From Paenisporosarcina sp. (GTDB taxonomy: Bacteria > Bacillota > Bacilli > Bacillales_A > Planococcaceae): a stretch of DNA of 64,000 bases. The translations under genes were made by a program, and so were the position numbers. Shown one piece after another: positions 7,077 to 13,607 of this stretch (position 1 is its first letter; each line of letters begins with the position of its first letter). The notes under the pieces are model-generated. The model made no database searches and was not told where the DNA came from. It saw only the letters and a program-made list of their open reading frames with translations. The stretch spans positions 17,906-81,905 of the forward strand of contig NZ_JBATUX010000021.1 in assembly GCF_049671445.1 (NCBI RefSeq). The letters are read 5' to 3'.

Positions 7077-7922
7077 ATGGAATTGTTACTGTCAAAAGCT
7101 TGGGCTTCGTTTGAAGCTGATAAACGAATAGAGGGTTTTTCATCGCAAACATTGAAGGCTTACCAGTTACAGACTTTGCTATTAATTGGTTATTTTAAGG
7201 ATGTAGAGATGGAATTACTGGATACAAATCAACTGAAAGAATATCTTGCTATATCGGGCAAGCATTTAAAACCAGCCAGTCTTGCACATCGTATCCGCTT
7301 TATGAAATCGTTTTTTCGTTGGTCTCATGAAGAAGGTTACCTGAAAAAGAATCCAACTTCCAAAATTAAAGAGCCCAAGGCTGGGAAGAGGATACCAAAG
7401 TATTTAACAGAACGAGAGATTGAACATCTGCGTGAATCCTGTCATTCCCCAATGGAAAAAGCGATTTTCGAATTCATGTTTTCTACAGGTTGTCGAATTG
7501 GAGAAATAGTTGCGTTAGAAAAGAACCATATTAATTGGTCCAATCAATCCGCGATCGTAAGAGGGAAAGGTGATAAGGAGAGGGAAGTTTATTTTAATAT
7601 ACGATGCGAGATATGGCTTAAACGCTATATCGAAAGCCGTGATGACAATAATCCTGCCATCTTTGTGACAGCAAGGCAACCACATAAAATGAGTGTCGCT
7701 CAAATGCGATACATCATCATGCGAATCTCAAATCGTGCTGAAATCAATAAAGAGATTCATCCACACCAACTTAGGCACAGCTATGCAACTCATTTGTTGA
7801 ATAATGGAGCTCCTATTGAGGTCATACAAAGTCTTATGGGGCATGAAAAAAGTGAAACCACAAGGATATATGCTCAATTAAGCGGAAGGTTAAGGAAAGA
7901 GTATTATCAGAAGTACTTTTAA
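7077..7922 (+). CDS. Xer-like tyrosine site-specific recombinase (281 aa)
   Basis: N-terminal SAM-like core-binding domain. The catalytic set is visible: R (STGCRIGEI), K (RGKGDKER), HxxR (HQLRHSYATH), H (LMGHEK) and Y (TRIYAQL). GGAGG at 7071-7075 favours a TTG start at 7083 as much as the ATG at 7077. Confidence 0.9.
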   Translation: MELLLSKAWASFEADKRIEGFSSQTLKAYQLQTLLLIGYFKDVEMELLDTNQLKEYLAISGKHLKPASLAHRIRFMKSFFRWSHEEGYLKKNPTSKIKEPKAGKRIPKYLTEREIEHLRESCHSPMEKAIFEFMFSTGCRIGEIVALEKNHINWSNQSAIVRGKGDKEREVYFNIRCEIWLKRYIESRDDNNPAIFVTARQPHKMSVAQMRYIIMRISNRAEINKEIHPHQLRHSYATHLLNNGAPIEVIQSLMGHEKSETTRIYAQLSGRLRKEYYQKYF

Positions 7923-7930
7923 ACGTAGAA

Positions 7931-7958
7931 GGAGCAACATCTTATAAGACGTTGCTCC
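7931..7958 (+). terminator. Hairpin after the recombinase gene
   Basis: GGAGCAAC / 12-nt loop / GTTGCTCC. The following T-run is weak. Confidence 0.45.
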
Positions 7959-7988
7959 ATTTGACTAAAGCACCCGTTAGCCATCCAT
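7958..7988 (+). repeat. Cassette-boundary site S5 (variant B): CCATTTGACTAA-AGCACCC-GTTAGCCATCC
   Basis: Shares ACTAAAGCAC(C/T)CGTTAG with S1. The arms pair poorly. Confidence 0.6.
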
Positions 7989-8073
7989 GTAGCTAAAATA
8001 ATAGCTACACCACAGATCATGAAAGAATATTACGTTCTTTCATGGGAGTTGAAGAAGAAATTTTATAGGTATA

Positions 8074-8259
8074 TTATTTTAAGTTTTTAGTCCTGCTCAA
8101 TATTTCTGAAACTCCTATTGCTATACTTGCATTAAGCATTGCGAATATAGAAATAATCATAGTTGTACCATCATATTCACCAATAAAATTCATTACAAAA
8201 AATATGAAACTAATGAAAAAAACAAGTATGCCAAAAACAAATAAAATTCTATCCAACAT
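8074..8259 (-). CDS. Small two-TM membrane protein
   Basis: ORF 8074-8265. Hydrophobic sequence (ILFVFGILVFFISFIFFVMNFI ... ISIFAMLNASIAIGV). AGGTG RBS. The start (ATG 8259 or TTG 8256) is uncertain. Confidence 0.5.
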   Translation of the reverse strand: MLDRILFVFGILVFFISFIFFVMNFIGEYDGTTMIISIFAMLNASIAIGVSEILSRTKNLK

Positions 8260-8284
8260 TATCACCTCATACCATATAATAATC

Positions 8285-8373
8285 TTTTTTCACTAACCTG
8301 CCCCGTTAGCAATAAGTTCAACAAAAAATGCGTTAACCCTTCTTGGATCAACGCACCCGTTAGTTTAATAAGG
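8285..8373 (+). repeat. Composite cassette-boundary site S6 (same architecture as S2)
   Basis: TTTTTTCACTAAC-CTGCCCC-GTTAGCAATAAGT, then TGCGTTAACCC-TTCTT-GGATCAACGCA, then CCCGTTAGTTTAATAAGG. Confidence 0.85.
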
Positions 8374-8454
8374 AAATTGTTAGAACTATAACATTGTTCT
8401 TTTAAATACGCATACCTAGTCTCAAAAACGCAAATTGCTTAAGTTATAAGACAA

Positions 8455-9117
8455 TTAACTTTTTTGTGAAAACCAGTTTAGAGTTGTTTTATTATCGCAA
8501 ATGGTCGCTTCCCAATTCATCCTTCTTATAATTCCAGCGATATTATCATCTTTTGTTAAGAATAACGTGGTATAGGCATCATATTCACTTATAAAGGCAA
8601 ACTCGAGTTTATCATCCATGAGCATAAATTCCGCTGGTGTTAAATCAGACATCTCTTCTAATTTTATTTCCTCTATTTTTAACCTTCCTTTTTCGCCTTC
8701 AAGCGGTGCAGAGTATAATACAAAATCAGCTCCTTTGGATCCAAGTACATTCACGATATCATTCAGTAAAAAAACCGAAATTTTGTCTTCCCTCGGATAA
8801 TAAAAATCGGAATTAAAGCATGTGCGAAGTTGATTCGTTAAGTCAGGTCTCTTATCTCGATGATCGTGTACTGCTATTCCGACCTCTTGCAAGGTTAAGT
8901 CGCTTTGCTGACTGATTTGATTCCACGAAACTGGTTTACCAATGTTTAATATTTCTTCGTCGCTTGGGTAGATGTGTTGAAAAGGTCTTTCCCGTTTCCT
9001 TTTTTGCCACCCATTAGGCATTTGGACAAATGGATGAAGCAGAAAAGCTGCTGATTTAAAGTGATTCGATATTTGGCTTAAAATAGGTGAAACATCTAAC
9101 TGTATATATTCCAGCAT
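8455..9117 (-). CDS. Hypothetical cytoplasmic protein (220 aa)
   Basis: Long ORF with a good RBS (AAAGGAG, 8-nt spacing). I recognise no motif. Confidence 0.72.
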   Translation of the reverse strand: MLEYIQLDVSPILSQISNHFKSAAFLLHPFVQMPNGWQKRKRERPFQHIYPSDEEILNIGKPVSWNQISQQSDLTLQEVGIAVHDHRDKRPDLTNQLRTCFNSDFYYPREDKISVFLLNDIVNVLGSKGADFVLYSAPLEGEKGRLKIEEIKLEEMSDLTPAEFMLMDDKLEFAFISEYDAYTTLFLTKDDNIAGIIRRMNWEATICDNKTTLNWFSQKS

Positions 9118-9141
9118 GTAAATTCTCCTTTAAAATGTTTT

Positions 9142-9174
9142 TTGTTCAACTAACCTGCCCCGTTAGTAGAACAA
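9142..9174 (+). repeat. Cassette-boundary site S7: TTGTTCAACTAAC-CTGCCCC-GTTAGTAGAACAA
   Basis: 13-bp arms with a single A:A mismatch at arm position 7 and a 7-nt spacer. Located 8 nt after the stop of 9183-9686 and 24 nt before the start of 8455-9117. Confidence 0.9.
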
Positions 9175-9182
9175 GGTTTAAA

Positions 9183-9686
9183 TTATCCCTGACGTAATAT
9201 CTTTTGAAACATTCTCGGTTGATGTTTTTCAAAACCTTTTATCAATTCTTTTCCAAAAATAGTGATGGTCTCTTCCCAAGGGTGTCCTAAAAATCCCCAT
9301 TCAAAATTCTTTTGAATAAAAAAGTAATAATCACCGTTAGGAAAAACAGGTACAATCCATTCATCAAACTCACTTTTCTGAAACTCCAAACGGGGGTTTA
9401 TCCAATAACCTGGATGCTGCCAATCTACCGCATACATACATTCATTCTTCTGTGTGAGTTCTTGAAAAACAAGCAATGACTTATCCTCTAGGTCATTATA
9501 AATCTCATTATAAGTACCTGAATCTCCGGACCAACTTATATATGAGGATATATCATATGTGATAAATGGATTTGGAACTTCAAAAGATGGGAAATTTGAT
9601 ATGCTTGGTTCAAAATTAAATTCATCATATATCCTATCCCATACCTCTTTATATTCTAATGCGGATAATTCAATCCAATTTTCCAT
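9183..9686 (-). CDS. Hypothetical protein (about 167 aa), Trp/Phe-rich. It resembles small immunity-type proteins of Bacilli (weak recollection only).
   Basis: ORF 9183-9698, start trimmed to ATG 9686 (GGTGG 8 nt upstream). Confidence 0.7.
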   Translation of the reverse strand: MENWIELSALEYKEVWDRIYDEFNFEPSISNFPSFEVPNPFITYDISSYISWSGDSGTYNEIYNDLEDKSLLVFQELTQKNECMYAVDWQHPGYWINPRLEFQKSEFDEWIVPVFPNGDYYFFIQKNFEWGFLGHPWEETITIFGKELIKGFEKHQPRMFQKILRQG

Positions 9687-9734
9687 TTGAATAGCCACCT
9701 TTACGATGCTTTTATTGGGGTTATTATATTATTG

Positions 9735-9770
9735 CTTGTTCAACTAAACTGCCTCGTTAGTTGAATAAGG
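9735..9770 (+). repeat. Cassette-boundary site S8: CTTGTTCAACTAA-ACTGCCTC-GTTAGTTGAATAAGG
   Basis: Last member of the site family. Its right arm is the exact complement of the S1 left arm. Confidence 0.85.
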
Positions 9771-9937
9771 AAATCTCTTATATTTATTTTATTATACCAA
9801 GAATATCCATTTTTACCTCTAAAAATTTAAAATTTTCTATTATTTATAAAAGCACCTCGAAAAGAGGTGCTAATTCGGGTTATATTTGGCTGTTTATTTT
9901 GTTAATAAAACAGGCTTGATTTGACCGTTTATTTAGG

Positions 9938-9966
9938 GAAAAGTGACTCAAAACTGAACGGCTTAA
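9938..9966 (-). repeat. Right terminal inverted repeat GAAAAGTGACTCAAAACTGAACGGCTTAA
   Basis: Reverse complement of 3961-3989 with one mismatch. Confidence 0.85.
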
Positions 9967-9973
9967 GATTTGA
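9967..9973. repeat. Right copy of the 7-bp direct repeat GATTTGA
   Basis: Identical to 3954-3960. Followed by TGGATGTCTTTTGTTTT, the right arm and T-run of the split terminator. Confidence 0.8.
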
Positions 9974-10017
9974 TGGATGTCTTTTGTTTTGGAGATTTTT
10001 AGAGAGACTGTTGTATG

Positions 10018-10143
10018 CTATGAGCGGTTTTGTGTCGACTATGAGCGCATTCCTGTCGACTATCGGCGCAAAAGACATGGCTATCGGCGAATCTTTGTCG
10101 TCTATCGGCGGTTCTCTGTCGTCTATGAGCGGTTTAACAAAAA
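10018..10143. repeat. 21-bp tandem repeat array, family b (6 units, CTAT(G/C)(A/G)GCG-N7-GTCG(A/T))
   Basis: Units in perfect 21-bp register: CTATGAGCGGTTTTGTGTCGA, CTATGAGCGCATTCCTGTCGA, CTATCGGCGCAAAAGACATGG, CTATCGGCGAATCTTTGTCGT, CTATCGGCGGTTCTCTGTCGT, CTATGAGCGGTTTAACAAAAA. Confidence 0.9.
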
Positions 10144-10170
10144 GTGAATGGCCATTGAGCCATTCACTTT
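10141..10170 (-). terminator. Intrinsic terminator directly after the TauE gene
   Basis: AAAGTGAATGGC / CATTGA / GCCATTCACTTT with an A-run on the plus-strand left side. Confidence 0.7.
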
Positions 10171-10967
10171 TATATCGTCCATTGTACGAATAAATCCCAC
10201 CAAATTTTTATAGCAGTGGCTGTAATTAAAACTGCTAATATCCATTGCAAGACTTTTTGATTTACTTTTTGTCCATATTTAGCACCTAATGGAGCGGCTA
10301 GTAAACTCGCGACAACAAGAACAATAGCTGGAATTGGTAATACTTGATCAGTAGCAACTTTAGCAATCGTTGTACCTATTGATGAAATGAATGTAATCGC
10401 GAGTGATGTGGCAATGGTAATGCGAGTAGGTATCTTTAAAAAGACTAACATGATTGGCACCAATAAAAATGCGCCCCCAGCCCCAACGACGCCTGATAAT
10501 ACTCCAACGATAAATGCTAAAAATGTTGCCCATATAAGCGAATACTGCAAGTCCTTCATTTGTATATCCTCGTTCATTTTGCTTGGAAGAAACATCAGAA
10601 GCGCAGCTATCAAAGCGACGATTCCATAAATCAAATTAACGGTTTGCTCTGACAAATCGCCTGATCCAAATCCGCCAATCAAACTCCCTATCAATATGGC
10701 ACTTCCCATGTAAACAATAAGTCGCTTATTTAAAAAACCACTATTACGATATACATAAACGCCACTCATTGTAGCAACCAAAACTTGAACTGCACTGATT
10801 CCAGATACTTCATGTGCACTAAAAGCAGCAAATCCAAATAACGAGGGAATAAAAAGCAGCATCGGATAATTAATAATAGCTCCTCCAATGCCGACCATCC
10901 CCGAAATAAATGAACCTACAAATCCAATAGCAAAAATTAGTACAATAAAAGCGATTGTATAATCCAT
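10170..10967 (-). CDS. TauE/SafE (TSUP) family sulfite/anion exporter
   Basis: 265-aa polytopic membrane ORF with the Gly-rich duplicated TSUP pattern ([13 protein letters not shown] ... [13 protein letters not shown]). Confidence 0.85.
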   Translation of the reverse strand: MDYTIAFIVLIFAIGFVGSFISGMVGIGGAIINYPMLLFIPSLFGFAAFSAHEVSGISAVQVLVATMSGVYVYRNSGFLNKRLIVYMGSAILIGSLIGGFGSGDLSEQTVNLIYGIVALIAALLMFLPSKMNEDIQMKDLQYSLIWATFLAFIVGVLSGVVGAGGAFLLVPIMLVFLKIPTRITIATSLAITFISSIGTTIAKVATDQVLPIPAIVLVVASLLAAPLGAKYGQKVNQKVLQWILAVLITATAIKIWWDLFVQWTI

Positions 10968-10971
10968 CGCT

Positions 10972-11322
10972 TTATTGCCACTGACTCATTCCGCCACGTA
11001 CATTCACGACATTCGTGAAGCCAGCTTTCGTTAATATTCCAGCTGCACGAGAACTACGCATGCCACTTTGACAAATAACATATGTTTCTTTTGTTTTATC
11101 AAGTTTATCTAATTTAGAAGGAAGCTGATCAAGTGGAATGTTTTGGAATTGTGAAATATTTCTGCCTCTATATTCTCCAGGCGTTCTTACATCTACAAAT
11201 TGTTTTGATTTATCATTTAGCAGTCCTTTTAAATCCGTTGTAGAAACTGTCTTAACACCTTTTGCTGGTTTCATGCGCCATACGATAAATCCTACTACCA
11301 CAGCGATTAATATCCATTCCAT
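10972..11322 (-). CDS. Membrane-anchored rhodanese-domain sulfurtransferase
   Basis: 116 aa with an N-terminal TM helix and the active-site loop CQSGMRS. Confidence 0.85.
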   Translation of the reverse strand: MEWILIAVVVGFIVWRMKPAKGVKTVSTTDLKGLLNDKSKQFVDVRTPGEYRGRNISQFQNIPLDQLPSKLDKLDKTKETYVICQSGMRSSRAAGILTKAGFTNVVNVRGGMSQWQ

Positions 11323-11333
11323 TTAAATCTCCC

Positions 11334-11594
11334 CTATCTACTTTTCATCAGTAATTTTACAGCTTGTTTAACATGTTCATCTGAAGCGTTCCCCTCAGCC
11401 ATGCTTGTCCTCACACATTGCTCTAAGTTTTCACTAACAATTAAACCAATCGTGCGATCAAGTGCACCTTTAATTGCACTTAACTGAGTTACAACATCGT
11501 TGCACTCGCGAGCTCCTTCGATCATTCGAATCACACCTTGAAGCTGACCATCCACTCGATTTAATCGATTTGTAATTTGTTTTGAATAATCCAT
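11334..11594 (-). CDS. cstR: CsoR-family repressor, CstR-like (two-Cys persulfide sensor type)
   Basis: 86 aa, DUF156 fold signature (RLNRVDGQLQGVIRMIE). Cys in ARECND and LEQCV, without the CsoR copper-binding His. Genomic context with CstB-like, rhodanese and TauE genes. Confidence 0.72.
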   Translation of the reverse strand: MDYSKQITNRLNRVDGQLQGVIRMIEGARECNDVVTQLSAIKGALDRTIGLIVSENLEQCVRTSMAEGNASDEHVKQAVKLLMKSR

Positions 11595-11933
11595 CGGTCT
11601 TCTCTCCTCTTTAGAAAAGCGTAAAGCGCCACTCTAGCTCGACTCCTTGAAATGTGAAACAGGCCACTTTAATCCGACTCCAGTGCTAGCTCGACTATAT
11701 CGAAACTTATTTTTCGAATGAGAAGAATAGCTAAGTTCGCGACATCATGTCGCAATGCCTTCATGACTTACATCCTGTAGGACCAAACTTAGGCGCGGAT
11801 TGGCTTGTGCAACTGAACATATGATGCTTGAAAGAACGCAATGTCAGTCGCCTTTCTCACCTTAAAGAGGAACGAGAGCTGGCGCTTGAAGCCAAACATA
11901 ACCAACATGTAAAGAGGGTCATTGCCCTCATAT

Positions 11934-12172
11934 TTATGCTTTTACTAACTCTAATACGCGATCTGGATCAAATCCTAAAACCCATTGACCATTAATGTTT
12001 GTTTGTGGAACACCCATTTGACCAGTTGTTTCCACTAGTTTTTGTGCAGCTATAGCATCAGCCTGCACATTCACTTCTGTGTAAGCAAGTTCATTTTGTT
12101 GCAAGAAAGATTTCATCATGTCGCAATACGGACACGTGTTAGTTGAGTAAACAGTAATTTGTGGTTTCATTT
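11934..12172 (-). CDS. Glutaredoxin-like protein (NrdH/YruB type)
   Basis: ORF 11934-12296, trimmed to ATG 12172 (GGAGG 8 nt upstream). The long form would overlap the upstream gene. CPYC motif in MKPQITVYSTNTCPYCDM. Confidence 0.8.
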
Positions 12173-12187
12173 TCAATTCCTCCATTT

Positions 12188-13564
12188 TTATGCTTTTTTG
12201 TATGCAGCGTAACCGCCAGCAAGATGCTTTACATTTTTGTATCCAAGAGATTTTAATACACTCGCACCAATTGCAGATCGAGCGCCACCTTGACAATGCA
12301 TTAATACTGGCGTTTCTTTTGGCAAATCAAGGTCACGAAGTTTCCCTAAAAAGTGATGATGGGCTCCTTCAATGTGACCTTCTTTCCATTCAGTATCATT
12401 TCGTACATCCATCACATATGAAGTTGAAATTTCGTCTTTAAATTCATCAACTGACAATGTTTCGTATGACGTTAAGTTCATTTCATTCAATACAGATGGA
12501 TCAACAAACGATTTAATGTTATCTAAATGGATCGATTGAAGTGAGCGAACGATTTCTTCTCGTTGTGCTTCTTCCGCTATAATACCCATTTGTTCATCAT
12601 AGCTCACCAACCAACCAGCCCAGTTAGTGAATGCTTTGTTAAATGGAATGTTAATGGCACCAGGCAGAAGACTGTTCTCCACTAAATTCGCAGGACGAGT
12701 ATCCAAAATGAAAACTTGCTCAGTCTGCATTTCAGTTTCTAACTCCTCTTTGTTTTGAATTGTTGGAATTACTTTGTCTTCTAATAAAGCTGGTCCCATT
12801 TTATTCACTTTTTTCATTTCCGCAAAGTACACAGGTGCTTCAGGTTGATCTTTCAATAATTCATCAACAAATGCTTGTTCATTATCTTCTTTCATTGCCC
12901 AGTTAAATTGTTTTTCATAACCAACAGTTGAAGAAGGAACAGCTCCTAAAGATTTCCCACACGCTGAACCTGCACCATGTCCAGGCCACACCATCATATA
13001 ATCAGGTAGTTCTTTGAATGTTTGAATGGAATTGAACATTGCACGTGCACCCTTTTCGGCAGTATCTGCAACGCCAGCTGCTTTTTCCAATAAATCAGGT
13101 CGGCCAACATCGCCAACAAAAACGAAGTCTCCCGTAAATATCCCCATTGGTGTTGTTGCGCCGCTGCCACGGTCCGTTAATACGAATGAAATACTTTCAG
13201 GCGTATGCCCAGGTGTATGCAACACTTTAAAGTCGATGTTTCCTATTGAAAAAGTTGAACCGTCTTTAACCATTTCAACATTTAGACCATTTGTATATTG
13301 ATATTTCCAATCATCATCGCCTTCGTCAGACAAATACAATGTTACACCCAAATCATGAGCTAGTTGACGAGAGCCTGAAACGAAGTCAGCATGAATATGA
13401 GTTTCTGTTGCTGCCGAAATGTGCAAGCCTTCCTTTTTTGCAACTTGGATAACGTCAGAAGTATCACGTGCTGGGTCAATAACAATAGCTTCACCAGTTC
13501 GTTGACAACCTATTAAATACGAATATTGTGCTAATTTTTCATCAAAGAATGAGCGAAAATACAT
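12188..13564 (-). CDS. cstB: Metallo-beta-lactamase-fold persulfide dioxygenase fused to rhodanese domains (CstB-like)
   Basis: 458 aa. THIHADFVSG metal motif in the N-terminal MBL domain. C-terminal rhodanese with the active-site loop HCQGGARS. Confidence 0.82.
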   Translation of the reverse strand: MYFRSFFDEKLAQYSYLIGCQRTGEAIVIDPARDTSDVIQVAKKEGLHISAATETHIHADFVSGSRQLAHDLGVTLYLSDEGDDDWKYQYTNGLNVEMVKDGSTFSIGNIDFKVLHTPGHTPESISFVLTDRGSGATTPMGIFTGDFVFVGDVGRPDLLEKAAGVADTAEKGARAMFNSIQTFKELPDYMMVWPGHGAGSACGKSLGAVPSSTVGYEKQFNWAMKEDNEQAFVDELLKDQPEAPVYFAEMKKVNKMGPALLEDKVIPTIQNKEELETEMQTEQVFILDTRPANLVENSLLPGAINIPFNKAFTNWAGWLVSYDEQMGIIAEEAQREEIVRSLQSIHLDNIKSFVDPSVLNEMNLTSYETLSVDEFKDEISTSYVMDVRNDTEWKEGHIEGAHHHFLGKLRDLDLPKETPVLMHCQGGARSAIGASVLKSLGYKNVKHLAGGYAAYKKA

Positions 13565-13607
13565 ATAAGTTCCCTCCAGTTTTTAAAATCGTTTTTCTAT
13601 ATTTATA

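Larger units (their letters stand above)
3961..9966. mobile_element. About 6.0 kb inserted element. It has 29-bp terminal inverted repeats and a 7-bp flanking direct repeat. It carries a Xer-like tyrosine recombinase and an array of cassette-like modules.
   Basis: The flanks AAAGAGACATCCA (3941-3953) and TGGATGTCTTTT (9974-9985) are the two arms of one terminator hairpin whose loop would be GATTTGA. The interior is visibly AT-richer. No transposase ORF is present. Confidence 0.72.

Noticed and set aside
3961-9966. Classical integron (IntI plus attC) annotation for the cassette island
   Set aside because: At 281 aa the recombinase is too short to contain the IntI-specific additional domain, and it looks Xer-like. 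The sites are 33 bp with a 7-nt spacer rather than 55-140-bp attC with R''/L''/L'/R' boxes. The recombinase sits inside the array rather than at one end. It is therefore reported as integron-like or dif-module-like and not called an integron.
3961-9966. IS or DDE transposon, or a prophage remnant, as the explanation for the island
   Set aside because: No ORF resembles a DDE, HUH or serine transposase. No phage structural, replication or lysis genes are present. The cargo is small unrelated accessory genes. A non-autonomous TIR element mobilised in trans cannot be excluded and is listed as a refutation route.
9921-10193. 90-aa ORF spanning the right element end, array b and the TauE terminator
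   Set aside because: It reads through a terminal inverted repeat, the GATTTGA junction, six tandem repeats and a terminator hairpin, and overlaps the TauE 3' end. It is a repeat-derived artefact.
11934-12296. Long (120-aa) form of the glutaredoxin-like ORF
   Set aside because: The N-terminal 42 codons overlap the 3' end of the CstB-like gene in another frame and are Cys/Trp-rich nonsense. A strong GGAGG precedes the internal ATG at 12172.
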